From positions 24,579 to 88,578 of the forward strand of contig DAOOIT010000017.1 in assembly GCA_035384565.1 (NCBI GenBank): 64,000 nucleotides of DNA, given 5' to 3'. The number at the start of each line of letters is the position of its first letter. The first letter of the stretch is position 1. The notes beneath the pieces were generated by a model, which was not told the origin of the DNA, did no database searches, and saw nothing but the letters and a program-made list of their open reading frames with translations. This document shows, one piece after another, positions 30,215 through 40,090 of the stretch. The DNA is from Planctomycetota bacterium (GTDB taxonomy: Bacteria; Planctomycetota; PUPC01; DSUN01). The position numbers were made by a program, and so were the translations under genes.

Positions 30215-30958
30215 GTGCCCGGTATGCCCGAGATACTCCACTGGTGGAACCTGGTCTTCGTTCTGGCCGTGTTCTTCGCCTTCGTGTACGCGGCGCTCAA
30301 CGCCTTCGGCCTCGGCGGCCACGGCGGCATCCTGTCGGGCGCCGACCTGGAGGCGGACCACGACGTGGACCTCGGCGCCGCGGCCGGAGGGGCGAGCCTC
30401 GACGCCGAGCACCTGCCCGATCTGCACGTGGACCACGGCGTCCACGTGGAGAGCGCCCCGAGCCTGTTCGAGCAGGCATTGTCGTTCTTCGGCATCGGCA
30501 AGGTGCCGCTTTCGGTGATCCTGATGACGTTCCTGATCACCTTCGGCGTGGTGGGCTGGGCGGCCAACCAGCTCCTCGAGCCGGCGCTCGCCGCGCCGAT
30601 CGCGTTCTTCCCCATCTCGCTGGCGGCGGCCATCGCCTGCGGCCTGGGCAGCACGAAGGCCCTCGCCGCCACCGTGGGCCGCTACCTGCGGCCCATCGAG
30701 TCGGCGGCGCTCTGGCGCGGCGAGCTCGCGGGCCGCATCGCCACGGCCAGCCTCACGATCACGGCCCAGTTCGGCACGGCGCTGGTCCGCGACGAGTACG
30801 GCACCCTGCACAAGGTGCTCTGCCGCGCGCGCGAGGATGCCCCGCCCATCGCGAAGGGCAGCACCGTGCTCCTCGTGCGCTACGTGCCCGTGAAGGAGCC
30901 CGGCCGCCGGCCCGGCGGCTACTACGTCGTGGAGCCCTACCATGTCCCGGCCCCCTAG
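30215..30958 (+). CDS. NfeD/YqiJ-like membrane protein
   Basis: N-terminal TM helices and a C-terminal OB-like beta domain. Lies between pspA and the flotillin gene. Confidence 0.5.
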   Translation: MPGMPEILHWWNLVFVLAVFFAFVYAALNAFGLGGHGGILSGADLEADHDVDLGAAAGGASLDAEHLPDLHVDHGVHVESAPSLFEQALSFFGIGKVPLSVILMTFLITFGVVGWAANQLLEPALAAPIAFFPISLAAAIACGLGSTKALAATVGRYLRPIESAALWRGELAGRIATASLTITAQFGTALVRDEYGTLHKVLCRAREDAPPIAKGSTVLLVRYVPVKEPGRRPGGYYVVEPYHVPAP

Positions 30959-31133
30959 CTCCGCCCCCGGGCCGCCGGGCGGCCTGTCGCGTCGGCCGGC
31001 CCAGCGCCCGCCGCTGCCCGCCGCGGGCCAGGTCCAGAGGCCGGTGCCGGCGCAGCAGGTGTTTGTCCAGGACCGGCCCGACTCCCAGGCCCCCATCCCG
31101 TCCGGCCCCCACCGTCGCAAGGAAGGAGGAAGC

Positions 31134-33059
31134 ATGGCCGCCTTCATCGGCATCCTGATCGGCGCGGGCCTCGTCGCCGCCGGCTTCGCCGTCGAGAGGC
31201 TCGAGATCATGACCCGCATCATCCTGGTGAGCGCCGGCGCCGTCGTCGTCCTGCTCACCGGCATCCTCGTCGCCATCACCAAGCTCTACCGCAAGACGAC
31301 GGCCAACGAGGCCTTCGTCCGCACCGGCATGGGCAAGGCCAAGGTCGTGCTCGACGGCGGCGCGCTCGTCATCCCCATCGTCCATCGCGTCGTGCCCGTG
31401 TCGCTCGAGACCATGCGGCTCGACGTCTCGCGCCGCGGCGAGGACGCCCTGATCACCGGCGACAACCTGCGCGTGGACATCGCGGCCGAGTTCTACATCA
31501 AGGTGCAACCCGAGGCCGACGACATCCTCAACGCCGCCCGCTCGCTCGGCGAGAAGTCCGTCTCCGAGGAGGGCATCCGCGAGCTGGTGATGGAGAAGCT
31601 CATCTCGTCGCTGCGCACCGTCGCCGCCACCAAGCCCCTCATCGAACTCCACATGAAGCGCGACGAGTTCGCCTCCGCCGTCCAGAGCATCGTCACCCAG
31701 GACCTCCAGGAGAACGGCCTCACGCTGGAAACCGTGACCATCTCGAGCCTCGACCAGACGCCGCTGGACTTCCTCAAGGACGACAACGTCTTCGACGCGC
31801 AAGGCAAGCGGCGCATCACCGAGGTGACCCAGGATCAGCTCGTCAAGCGCAACGAGATCCAGCGCAACGCCGAGCGCGACATCCGCAAGAAGGACGTGGA
31901 CACGCGGAAACAGATTCTCGAGCTCGACAAGGACCGCGAGCTGGCCGAGGCCACCCAGGGCCGCGACGTGGCCAACGCCCACGCCGAGCGCCAGCGCGAG
32001 ACCCGCGAGTTCGCCATCCAGCAGGAACGCGAGGTCGAGCTGGCCCGCGTGCAGAAGGAGCTGACGGTCCAGAACGCCGAGATCGAGCGCGACCGGAACC
32101 TCTCGGTGGCGCAGGCCAAGCGCGAGGAGGCCGAGCGGCTGGCCCAGATCGAGCGCGACAAGGCCCAGCAGGAGGCCGACGTGGCGCGGGCCAAAGCCGT
32201 CGAGGTGGCCAAGCGCCTGGCCGAAGTGGCCGTGGCCGAGCAGGAGACCAAGCGCGCTCAGGCCCAGGCCCAGACCCGCGCCGCCGAGGCCAAGCGCGAG
32301 GAGGAAACCCAGCGCATCGAGACCATCAAGGTCACCACCGAGGCCGACCGGCGCGCCCAGCAGAAGATGATCACCGAGCGGCAGCAGGTGGACATCGGCC
32401 GCTACCAGGAGCAGGTGGACGCCGACGTGAAGGCCTACACGGCCGTGAAGCTGGCCGAGGGCGAGCTCACGGCAGCCGACAAGCGCAAGCAGGCCATGCT
32501 CATCCTCGCCGAGGGCGAATCCGAGGCCGCCAAGAAGATCGCCGAGGGCGAGCGCGCCAAGGAAATGGTCCCCGTCCAGGTGGACCGCGAGAAGGTCAAC
32601 GTCGAGGCCGCCCGCGTCGAAGTCCGCCGCCAGGACCTCGAGAACCAGGAGCGCTACAGCCGCGCCGCCCTCGAGTTCGAGCTCAAGAAGCAGCAGATCA
32701 TCGCCAACAAAGAAGTCCAGATCCAGATGGCCAATGCCGTGGGCACCATGCTCGCCAGCGCCAAGATGCAGCTCTTCGGCGACCCGAGCACCCTGGCCAC
32801 CATGTACGGCCAATTCCTCAAGAGCGTCGGCTGGGGCCTCACCGTCCAGGGCCTCGTCGAGTCCACCCCCGAAAACGTCCGCGAAGCCGCCATGAACCTC
32901 GTCCAGGGCACCGGCACCGCCCTCCGCGACGCCGTGGGCCGCCTCGCGGGCAAGAAGGTGGACGTAGATCCCAAGGTTCTCGAGGAGGCCCTCGTCGAGG
33001 CCCTCGCGACGGCGAAGGCCAAGACAGCCGCGCCCCCGCCGCCCGCCGAGGCGCAGTGA
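31134..33059 (+). CDS. Flotillin (SPFH/band-7, YqiK-like)
   Basis: TM, SPFH domain and a long EA-rich coiled coil. AGGAAGGAGG RBS. Confidence 0.85.
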   Translation: MAAFIGILIGAGLVAAGFAVERLEIMTRIILVSAGAVVVLLTGILVAITKLYRKTTANEAFVRTGMGKAKVVLDGGALVIPIVHRVVPVSLETMRLDVSRRGEDALITGDNLRVDIAAEFYIKVQPEADDILNAARSLGEKSVSEEGIRELVMEKLISSLRTVAATKPLIELHMKRDEFASAVQSIVTQDLQENGLTLETVTISSLDQTPLDFLKDDNVFDAQGKRRITEVTQDQLVKRNEIQRNAERDIRKKDVDTRKQILELDKDRELAEATQGRDVANAHAERQRETREFAIQQEREVELARVQKELTVQNAEIERDRNLSVAQAKREEAERLAQIERDKAQQEADVARAKAVEVAKRLAEVAVAEQETKRAQAQAQTRAAEAKREEETQRIETIKVTTEADRRAQQKMITERQQVDIGRYQEQVDADVKAYTAVKLAEGELTAADKRKQAMLILAEGESEAAKKIAEGERAKEMVPVQVDREKVNVEAARVEVRRQDLENQERYSRAALEFELKKQQIIANKEVQIQMANAVGTMLASAKMQLFGDPSTLATMYGQFLKSVGWGLTVQGLVESTPENVREAAMNLVQGTGTALRDAVGRLAGKKVDVDPKVLEEALVEALATAKAKTAAPPPPAEAQ

Positions 33060-33102
33060 CCGAGCTGCGGGTGGAGCCTCCGCGCCCCGCGAGTCGGCCC
33101 CA

Positions 33103-33161
33103 ACTGTGGGCGGGACCCCCTGTGCCCCGCGATTCGCGGGGCAGAGACGTCCCGCCCACAA
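33103..33161. repeat. Family 5 hairpin (ACTGTGGGCGGGAC...GACGTCCCGCCCACAA)
   Basis: 12-bp stem. Located 3' of the flotillin gene. Confidence 0.55.
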
Positions 33162-33341
33162 CGCCCACCGGGGTCGCCCTCGCCGTCTCACGCGGATTCT
33201 CGGATAGACTCCCAGGGCGGCCGCGCCGTGCACATGCCGATGTGGTGGAGCCCCTACAGGCCGGCATGTTCGCCGCAAGAGCTTCTGATCAGGCGCGCAG
33301 GGTGCGCGCGATGCGCGCGCGGGGCCTCATCTCGCCCCGCC

Positions 33342-34307
33342 TCAGCGGAAGTAGGCGCGGTACTTCTCCAGGGCGGCGCAGATGGCCTCGACGTTTTCGA
33401 GGGGCACGTCGGGACCGATCTCGGCGGTGATCCACAGCCCGCCCTCGGGCGTGCCCAGGCGCGAGACGCACTCGCGAATGTGCGCGTCCAGCTCCGCCGG
33501 ACCCACGAAGGGCATCATCTGCCGGTCGAGGTCGAGGTTCACGCAGATGTTCCCCTTGCAGGTGAGCACCAGGTTGTCGAGGCCGTTGGCGCGGAACTGC
33601 GGGTTGATCACGTCCACCCCGCACTCCTTGAGGTCGGGGATGATCTCCCAGCAGTGGCCGTCGGTGTGCATGTAGACCCACCAGCCGACTTCCTTGCAGC
33701 GGCGGTAGAGCTTCATGAAGCAGGGCTTGAGGTACTTGCGCCACTTGTAGGGGCCCATGGGCAGCGCGTGCTGCATCCCGAGGTCGTCGCCGAAGTAGAC
33801 GAACTTCTCGCCCGGCCCCATCTGCTCGATCTTGTATTCCAGCTCGCGCACGTTGTAGTCGAGCACGATGTCAATGAGCATTTGGAGCTCGGGCGGCTCC
33901 TCGGCGAAGTCGAGCATCAGCTCCTCGAAGCCTCGGAGGTAGAACAGGCGCATGTACATGAAGCCGTGCGGCATGCCGTCGTGGACCTCGGGGGCCTTGA
34001 GCCTGTGCACGTCGGCCCGCGTGGGCACATTGTGCACGGCGGGGTAGGCGTCCATCCCCTCGCACACGTTCTCCCACACATAGCCCCAGGGGTCCACGTG
34101 GCGGCCCTGGACGTAGAGTCCGCCCACCTTGTCGTAATCGCGCTCGCCGACCTTCACCTCGCCGAAGATGGCGGGGTGGCGGGCGAGGATGCGGTCGAGC
34201 TTCTCGCGGTGGCGCTTCCACGCCGCGGGCAGAATGCCCACGCCGACCGGGATGTACTCGGGGTGCTGGAACTTCATGGCTTTGACACGGTCGTCTTGCG
34301 CACTCAT
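33342..34307 (-). CDS. URO-D family protein (paralog of the 768-1850 gene)
   Basis: Shares the GDD...HTDGH.W.I.PDL pattern with the first URO-D-like gene. Confidence 0.5.
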   Translation of the reverse strand: MSAQDDRVKAMKFQHPEYIPVGVGILPAAWKRHREKLDRILARHPAIFGEVKVGERDYDKVGGLYVQGRHVDPWGYVWENVCEGMDAYPAVHNVPTRADVHRLKAPEVHDGMPHGFMYMRLFYLRGFEELMLDFAEEPPELQMLIDIVLDYNVRELEYKIEQMGPGEKFVYFGDDLGMQHALPMGPYKWRKYLKPCFMKLYRRCKEVGWWVYMHTDGHCWEIIPDLKECGVDVINPQFRANGLDNLVLTCKGNICVNLDLDRQMMPFVGPAELDAHIRECVSRLGTPEGGLWITAEIGPDVPLENVEAICAALEKYRAYFR

Positions 34308-34327
34308 GGGTTTGCCCTTCTAGGAAG

Positions 34328-34427
34328 CGGTGTTGGGCGGCAGGTGTCAGGTGTTGGGGGTAAGAGGACGCCAACGGAGCTTCTTCCTCCGTACCCCGAC
34401 ACCTAACACCCAACACCTAACACCTGT
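34328..34427. repeat. Family 4 palindromic leader element (GGTGTCAGGTGTTGGGGG ... CCCCGACACCTAACACC)
   Basis: Inverted repeat with reiterated AGGTGTT units, immediately upstream of a minus-strand gene. Confidence 0.55.
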
Positions 34428-35575
34428 CTTGCTGCGGCCTTGACCTTGGCGATGGTCGCCGCCACGTCCTTCGCCTTCCGGTCGGGGTGGTTGCCAATCA
34501 TCACGGTGCGGTTGAGAATGTCGAGCGAGCGGGCGCACATGTCCTTCGTGTACTTCTTGCGGCAGCCGCGGTTCTGGGGCAGCGTGAAGGGGTTGAGGGC
34601 GGGATGGTGCGCGCCCTGGTGGCTGAAGATCTGGTCCCACTCGGTGTAGACGTGGCGCCCGGTCTTGCCGCAGATGGTGCCGCCGACGAGCTCGCGGAAC
34701 TTCTCGGCCTGCTCGAGGGTGGGCAGGGTCCACATCACGTGGGTGCCGCACTCCCAGTCGAGGCTGTGGGCGCGGATGGGCTGGAGGCCCGTCTGCGCCG
34801 TGGCGGCGAGGATGCGCTTCTTCTGCCGACGGAGCGTGCGGATCATGGCGGGCAGGCGGTCGAGCTGGGCGTTCATCATCGCGCCCTCGAGCTCCGAGGC
34901 GCGCGAGCCGTTGGAGAGGAAAGGCACCACGCCCTCTTTGCGCCCGGTCCAGTAGAAGTTGCAGCAGTCAATCATGCAGCGGGCGCGCTCCGAGGCGTTG
35001 GGGTCGCTGGTCGCCACGGCGCCGCCTTCGCCGCAGGTCATGTTCTTGTAGTAGTTGAAGCTGAAGGCGGCGGCCTGGCCGAACGAGCCGAGCATGCGGC
35101 CCCGGTAGGCCCCGCCCACGCCCTGGCAGCAGTCCTCGACGACCAGCAGCTCGTGCTTGCGGGCGACCGCCCGGATCGCGTCCATATCGCAGCACAGGCC
35201 CCACATGTGGACGGGGATGACGGCGCGGGTGCGCGGCCCGACGGCCTCGTCAATCGCATCGGGCGAGATCGTGATCGAGTCGTCAATGTCCACGATCACG
35301 GGGATGGCGCCGACGGCGACGACGGAGACCGCGGTGGCCATGTAGGTGCAGGCGGGCACGAGCACCTCGTCGCCGGGCCCGAGGCCGAGCGCGCCCAGGG
35401 CGGCGGTGAGGGCCGTGGTGCCGCTGGAGGTCATCCAGACGTGCTGGACGCCGAGGAACCTGGCGTAGCGCTGCTCGAAGCGCGCGCACTCGCCGCCGAT
35501 GTTGTAGCGGAACACCTTGCCGCTGAGGAGCACCTTCGCGATCGCGTCCACTTCCTTCTGGCCGACTCGCAGCAT
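34403..35575 (-). CDS. DegT/DnrJ/EryC1/StrS family PLP-dependent sugar aminotransferase
   Basis: Typical DegT motifs and length. Confidence 0.85.
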   Translation of the reverse strand: MLRVGQKEVDAIAKVLLSGKVFRYNIGGECARFEQRYARFLGVQHVWMTSSGTTALTAALGALGLGPGDEVLVPACTYMATAVSVVAVGAIPVIVDIDDSITISPDAIDEAVGPRTRAVIPVHMWGLCCDMDAIRAVARKHELLVVEDCCQGVGGAYRGRMLGSFGQAAAFSFNYYKNMTCGEGGAVATSDPNASERARCMIDCCNFYWTGRKEGVVPFLSNGSRASELEGAMMNAQLDRLPAMIRTLRRQKKRILAATAQTGLQPIRAHSLDWECGTHVMWTLPTLEQAEKFRELVGGTICGKTGRHVYTEWDQIFSHQGAHHPALNPFTLPQNRGCRKKYTKDMCARSLDILNRTVMIGNHPDRKAKDVAATIAKVKAAARQVLGVGC

Positions 35576-35616
35576 GGCTTCGTCCTCCAGGGGTTGCGCG
35601 TGCAGGTTTGCACGCC

Positions 35617-36351
35617 TTACCTGTGTTTCTCGACATGCGCGCCGATCGCAGCGACGGTGTCAATCCACACCCCGTTCGCCGGGTCTTTGCAGTAGCGGCA
35701 CAGGGCGTCAACCGCCGAGGCGAGAGTGACCTGGAACCCGCTGTCGCCGATCTCGTGGCCGCACAGGATCAGCCAGCCGCCGTCGGCCACGGCGCGGTCC
35801 ACCATCGCCCGCAGTTGCTCGAAGCTCTTGCCGTCGGAGCCCAGGCTGGCGGCCTGCGCGAGATCGCAGAAGGCGGGGTCGTTGTGAATCTCGTTGCCCG
35901 CGCTGCGCCCCACGAGGAAATGCTGGGCGACGAGCGGCACGTAGCTCGCCGTATCGCGCCCGCGGCCCACATAGGCCTGCCCGCACGGGTAGGCGAACGT
36001 GACGGGCGTGACGCCCAGCGTCTCGGCGACGAATCGGTTGGCGTCGAGCAGCTCGCGCTCCATCCGCTCGAGCGAGTAGTCCTCGAGCGCCTTCTGGCGC
36101 GACCAGGCGAAGTTGCCGCTGCACGGGTGGTGGACCGTGTGGTTGCCGATCTCGTGGCCGGCGGCGACCGCGCGCTTCCAGCCGTCCAGGCGCGCCGTCA
36201 CGCCGCCGGGCGAGACGTAGAAGGTGGCCCGCACGCCGTGCGCGTCGAAGAGGGCCATGCCGCGGTCAACCTGGCTCAGCCGCGCGTCGTCGAAGCTCAG
36301 GCTCACCGCCGCGCGACGGCCCTTGGGCCATGTGAAGCGGTCTGATCCCAT
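35617..36351 (-). CDS. Polysaccharide deacetylase family protein
   Basis: FDDA...HEIGNHTVHH NodB motifs. AGGAG RBS at the 36351 start. Confidence 0.75.
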   Translation of the reverse strand: MGSDRFTWPKGRRAAVSLSFDDARLSQVDRGMALFDAHGVRATFYVSPGGVTARLDGWKRAVAAGHEIGNHTVHHPCSGNFAWSRQKALEDYSLERMERELLDANRFVAETLGVTPVTFAYPCGQAYVGRGRDTASYVPLVAQHFLVGRSAGNEIHNDPAFCDLAQAASLGSDGKSFEQLRAMVDRAVADGGWLILCGHEIGDSGFQVTLASAVDALCRYCKDPANGVWIDTVAAIGAHVEKHR

Positions 36352-36666
36352 AGTCCTCTCCTGTCGCCCGAGCCCTGCGGGCGCACACTCGTGTGGCGGA
36401 ACGAATGTGGAACACCGAACACCGAATGTCGAATGTCGAATGGAAGCCCAGGAGAGCCAGGCGCGCCCACCCTTCCACTTCGTCATTCGGCATTCCGCGC
36501 TCTGCCAGCGGCCCCGTGCCGCCACGGGGCCTTCGTGTTCGCATCACTGTACGCGCCGCGCCGCTTCCGTGCAAGAGGCCCTGGGCTTGATCGCGCCGCG
36601 GCCTCATGATAGGCTGCTCGGCGCGAGTGGCGTTGGCCCGACACCTCTGTGGCGAGGAGAGTGGCG

Positions 36667-37515
36667 ATGATCGAACTGAGCATGCACACCGACAACTGGC
36701 GCTGCCTCAGCGGCTCGTTCAAGCAGGCCTGCGAGGCCGCCAAGAAGTTCGGCCTCAAACACATCGAGTTCGGCGTGGTGGACGGGCAGGACTTCATCGA
36801 GGGCCTGGGCTACAGCCCCGCCGTGTCGCTCGACACCAACCCGATCAAGCTGCGCCGCTACCTCGACTCGATGGGCCTCCGGCCCTCGCAGATTGACGCC
36901 GCCTATCCCATCACCGGACCGCTCGGCTCCACGTTCGCCGTCCGCTACGCCCAGCGCGCCATCGAGTTCGCCCACCTGATCGGCTGCCCGCGGGTGGACA
37001 CCACGGACGGCCAGTTCAAGCCCGCCGGCTACACCGACGACGAGGTGCTGGCCATCACGAAGGAAAACTACCGCCAGATTCTCGAGTGGGCCGAGGACTT
37101 CCAGGTCATCGTGAATATCGAAACCCACGGCCCCTACACCACCAACCCCGACATCCTCGACCGCATGCTCAACTTCTTCGACACGCCGTACCTGCGGTTC
37201 AACCTCGACACCGGCAACACCTTCATCTCGGGCGGCAACCCGGTGGACTTCCTGCGGCGCTTCCTGCCGAAGCTGAGCTACATGCACATCAAGGACGTGA
37301 GCCCGGCGCTCGCCGCGGCCGCGCGGGGCGAGGAGACCGGCATCGCGATGAGCGAATCGCCCATCGGCAAGGGCGTGAACGCGAAGAACATCCGCGAGTG
37401 CATCAAGCTTCTCAAGAAGGCCAAGTGGAGCGGCGTGCTCTCGATCGAGTGCAGCGGCACCGACGCCAACCTCAAGGCCAGCATCGCCTGGCTGAGGAAG
37501 CAGCTTCAGGCCTGA
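36667..37515 (+). CDS. Sugar phosphate isomerase/epimerase (xylose isomerase-like TIM barrel)
   Basis: TIM-barrel motif pattern. GAGGAG RBS. Confidence 0.8.
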   Translation: MIELSMHTDNWRCLSGSFKQACEAAKKFGLKHIEFGVVDGQDFIEGLGYSPAVSLDTNPIKLRRYLDSMGLRPSQIDAAYPITGPLGSTFAVRYAQRAIEFAHLIGCPRVDTTDGQFKPAGYTDDEVLAITKENYRQILEWAEDFQVIVNIETHGPYTTNPDILDRMLNFFDTPYLRFNLDTGNTFISGGNPVDFLRRFLPKLSYMHIKDVSPALAAAARGEETGIAMSESPIGKGVNAKNIRECIKLLKKAKWSGVLSIECSGTDANLKASIAWLRKQLQA

Positions 37516-37598
37516 GCGAGGCCGCCCGGCCGCTGGCCCGCGCAGGAAAGCCCCCGAGCGTCGGTGCGCCTGCGATCCTGCCGGAAAGGGAAAGCCCC

Positions 37599-38561
37599 AT
37601 GCGTCAGTTGACGGGAAGCACCGTGGCCGTGCTGATGGCTGTGGCCGCGCTGGCCGCCGCCGCGCAGGTCGAGCTGAAGCGCGACGACGCGCAACACCAG
37701 CTCGCCATCCTGGCCGACGGCAAGGCCGCGCTCGTCTACCACTTCGAGCCCGAGAGCTTCCTGCCCTACTTCCATCCGGTCAACAGCCCCTCGGGCAAGG
37801 AACTGACGATCAAGCAAACGGACCCGTATCCCCACCACCGCAGCTTCTGGTTCGCCGACACCGTGCTGCTCGAGGGCGAGAAGGCGCCGGCCAGCTTCTA
37901 CAATGCCTTCTACAGCTTCAAGGACGGCAAGGGCCCCTGCATCCGCCACGCGAGGTTCGCCGCCGAGAAGGCCGAGGGCGACTCCGCGGCGCTCGGCATG
38001 GAGCTGCTCTGGGAGCTTGCCCCCGACAAGCCCGTGCTCAAGGAGGCCCGCGACGCCCGCTTCCTCGCGCTCGGCAACGGCGAGTGGTTCCTCGACATTC
38101 GCTTCACCGTCACGGCCGAGTGGGGCGACGTGCATTTCCGCAGCGACGCCGCCCACTACGCCTGGCCCTACATCCGCATCCACCCGCAGTTCTCCGTCGA
38201 GAGGGGCGGCACGCTGCTCAACTCCGAGGGCGGCCTCAAACAGGCCGGCACCCACGGCAAGCCCGCCAAGTGGTGCGACTACACGAACACGCTCGACGGC
38301 AAGACCGAGGGCCTGGCCTTCTTCTCCCACGCCGAAAACGAGCACCCGCACACCTGGCTCACGCGCGACTACGGCACCTTCGGCCCGCGCCGCGCCGACC
38401 CGAAGAATGGCAAGCCGTTCACGCTGAAGAAAGGCGAATCGCTGGCCATGCGCGTCGGCGTCCTCGTCCACAACGGCGACGCGAAGGAGGCGAAGATCGC
38501 CGAGCGCTACAACGAGTACGTCACGGGCAGACTCTCGCTTCTCCCCCCACTGGGCAAGTGA
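37599..38561 (+). CDS. PmoA-family (DUF6807-like) secreted protein, tentative
   Basis: Signal peptide. PYPHHRSFWFA motif region. Confidence 0.45.
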   Translation: MRQLTGSTVAVLMAVAALAAAAQVELKRDDAQHQLAILADGKAALVYHFEPESFLPYFHPVNSPSGKELTIKQTDPYPHHRSFWFADTVLLEGEKAPASFYNAFYSFKDGKGPCIRHARFAAEKAEGDSAALGMELLWELAPDKPVLKEARDARFLALGNGEWFLDIRFTVTAEWGDVHFRSDAAHYAWPYIRIHPQFSVERGGTLLNSEGGLKQAGTHGKPAKWCDYTNTLDGKTEGLAFFSHAENEHPHTWLTRDYGTFGPRRADPKNGKPFTLKKGESLAMRVGVLVHNGDAKEAKIAERYNEYVTGRLSLLPPLGK

Positions 38562-38576
38562 CGAGGAGGCCGAGCG

Positions 38577-40040
38577 ATGGCATCGAGACTGAACCGCCGC
38601 GAGTTCCTGGGCGTGGCCGGGGCGGCGGCCGCCGCCGCCGCACAGGCCGCGCACGGCGCCGAGGCGCCCGCCGCGCCGCGCCCGCCGAACTTCATCCTCA
38701 TCTTCACCGACGACCAGGGCTACCAGGACCTCGGCTGCTTCGGCTCGCCCGACATCCAGACCCCCTGCATTGACCGAATGGCCGCCGAGGGCACGCGGTT
38801 CACCGACTTCCACGTCGCCGCGCCCGTGTGCACGCCCTCGCGCGCCGCGCTCCTCACCGGCTGCTACCCCCAACGCGTCTCCCTGCCCGCCGTGGTCTTC
38901 CCCAGCTCGAAGATCGGCTTCGCCGACAGCGAGGTCACCCTCCCCGAACTCCTCAAGGCCCGCGGCTACGCCACCGCCTGCATCGGCAAGTGGCACCTCG
39001 GCCACCTGCCCCCCTTCCTCCCCACCCGCCACGGCTTCGACGCCTATTTCGGCGTCCCCTACAGCAACGACATGGCCGTGGACCCGACCATGGAGGTGGC
39101 CGACAATGTGGCCTGGCGCGACGGCATGACCCTGGAAAAGATGCGCACGGACAAGCCGCTCAAGCACACCGTGCCCCTCTTCCGCGACAGCAAGCTCATC
39201 GAGTACCCCGTAGACCAGTCGCAGCTCACCACGCGCTACACCGAAGAAGCGATCCGGTTCATCACGGCGAACAGGGACAAGCCCTTCTTCCTCTACCTCC
39301 CGCACTCGATGCCGCACATCCCGCTCTTCGTCTCCGACCGGCACAAAGGCAAGTCCAGGCGCGGCCTCTACGGCGACGTCATCGAGGAGATCGACTGGAG
39401 CACGGGCCAGATCCTCGACACCGTGCGCACCCTCGGCCTCGCCGAGAACACCTGCGTCCTCTACACCTCCGACAACGGCCCGTGGCTCATCATGGGAGAG
39501 CACGGCGGCTCGGCCCTCCCGCTGCGCGACGGCAAGGGCACCACCTACGAGGGCGGCATGCGCGTGCCGTGCGTCCTCTGGTGGCCCGGCCGCATCCCCG
39601 CGGGGCGAACCTGCGCCGAGTTCGCCTCCACCCTCGACATCCTGCCCACCTTCGCCCGGCTCGCCGGCACCGAGGCCCCCACCGACCGCCTCATTGACGG
39701 CAAGGACATCTCGCCCCTGATGCTGGGCGCGCCCGGCGCCAAGAGCCCCACCGAGGCGTTCTTCTACTACAGCGGCTACGCGCTCCAGGCGGTCCGCAGC
39801 GGCAAGTGGAAGCTCCACCTCGCCCGCAACGTCGCCGCCACCAAGGCCAAGGCCGCACACGAGCGCCCCGCCGAACTCTACGATCTCGACGCCGACATCG
39901 GCGAAAAGAACAACGTCGCCGCCGCCAACCCCGACGTCGTCCAGCGCCTCGAGGACCTGGCCCAGCGCTGCCGCGAGGACCTCGGCGACGCCACCCGCGG
40001 CATGACCGGCAAGAACCGCCGACCCTGCGGAACCGCCTGA
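38577..40040 (+). CDS. Arylsulfatase (Cys-type, Tat signal)
   Basis: RREFLGV Tat motif. CTPSR formylglycine motif. Confidence 0.9.
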   Translation: MASRLNRREFLGVAGAAAAAAAQAAHGAEAPAAPRPPNFILIFTDDQGYQDLGCFGSPDIQTPCIDRMAAEGTRFTDFHVAAPVCTPSRAALLTGCYPQRVSLPAVVFPSSKIGFADSEVTLPELLKARGYATACIGKWHLGHLPPFLPTRHGFDAYFGVPYSNDMAVDPTMEVADNVAWRDGMTLEKMRTDKPLKHTVPLFRDSKLIEYPVDQSQLTTRYTEEAIRFITANRDKPFFLYLPHSMPHIPLFVSDRHKGKSRRGLYGDVIEEIDWSTGQILDTVRTLGLAENTCVLYTSDNGPWLIMGEHGGSALPLRDGKGTTYEGGMRVPCVLWWPGRIPAGRTCAEFASTLDILPTFARLAGTEAPTDRLIDGKDISPLMLGAPGAKSPTEAFFYYSGYALQAVRSGKWKLHLARNVAATKAKAAHERPAELYDLDADIGEKNNVAAANPDVVQRLEDLAQRCREDLGDATRGMTGKNRRPCGTA

Positions 40041-40090
40041 CGCCGGCGCACCGGTCGCCCCATCGGTCCGATCAGTTCAAGGGGTCCGCC

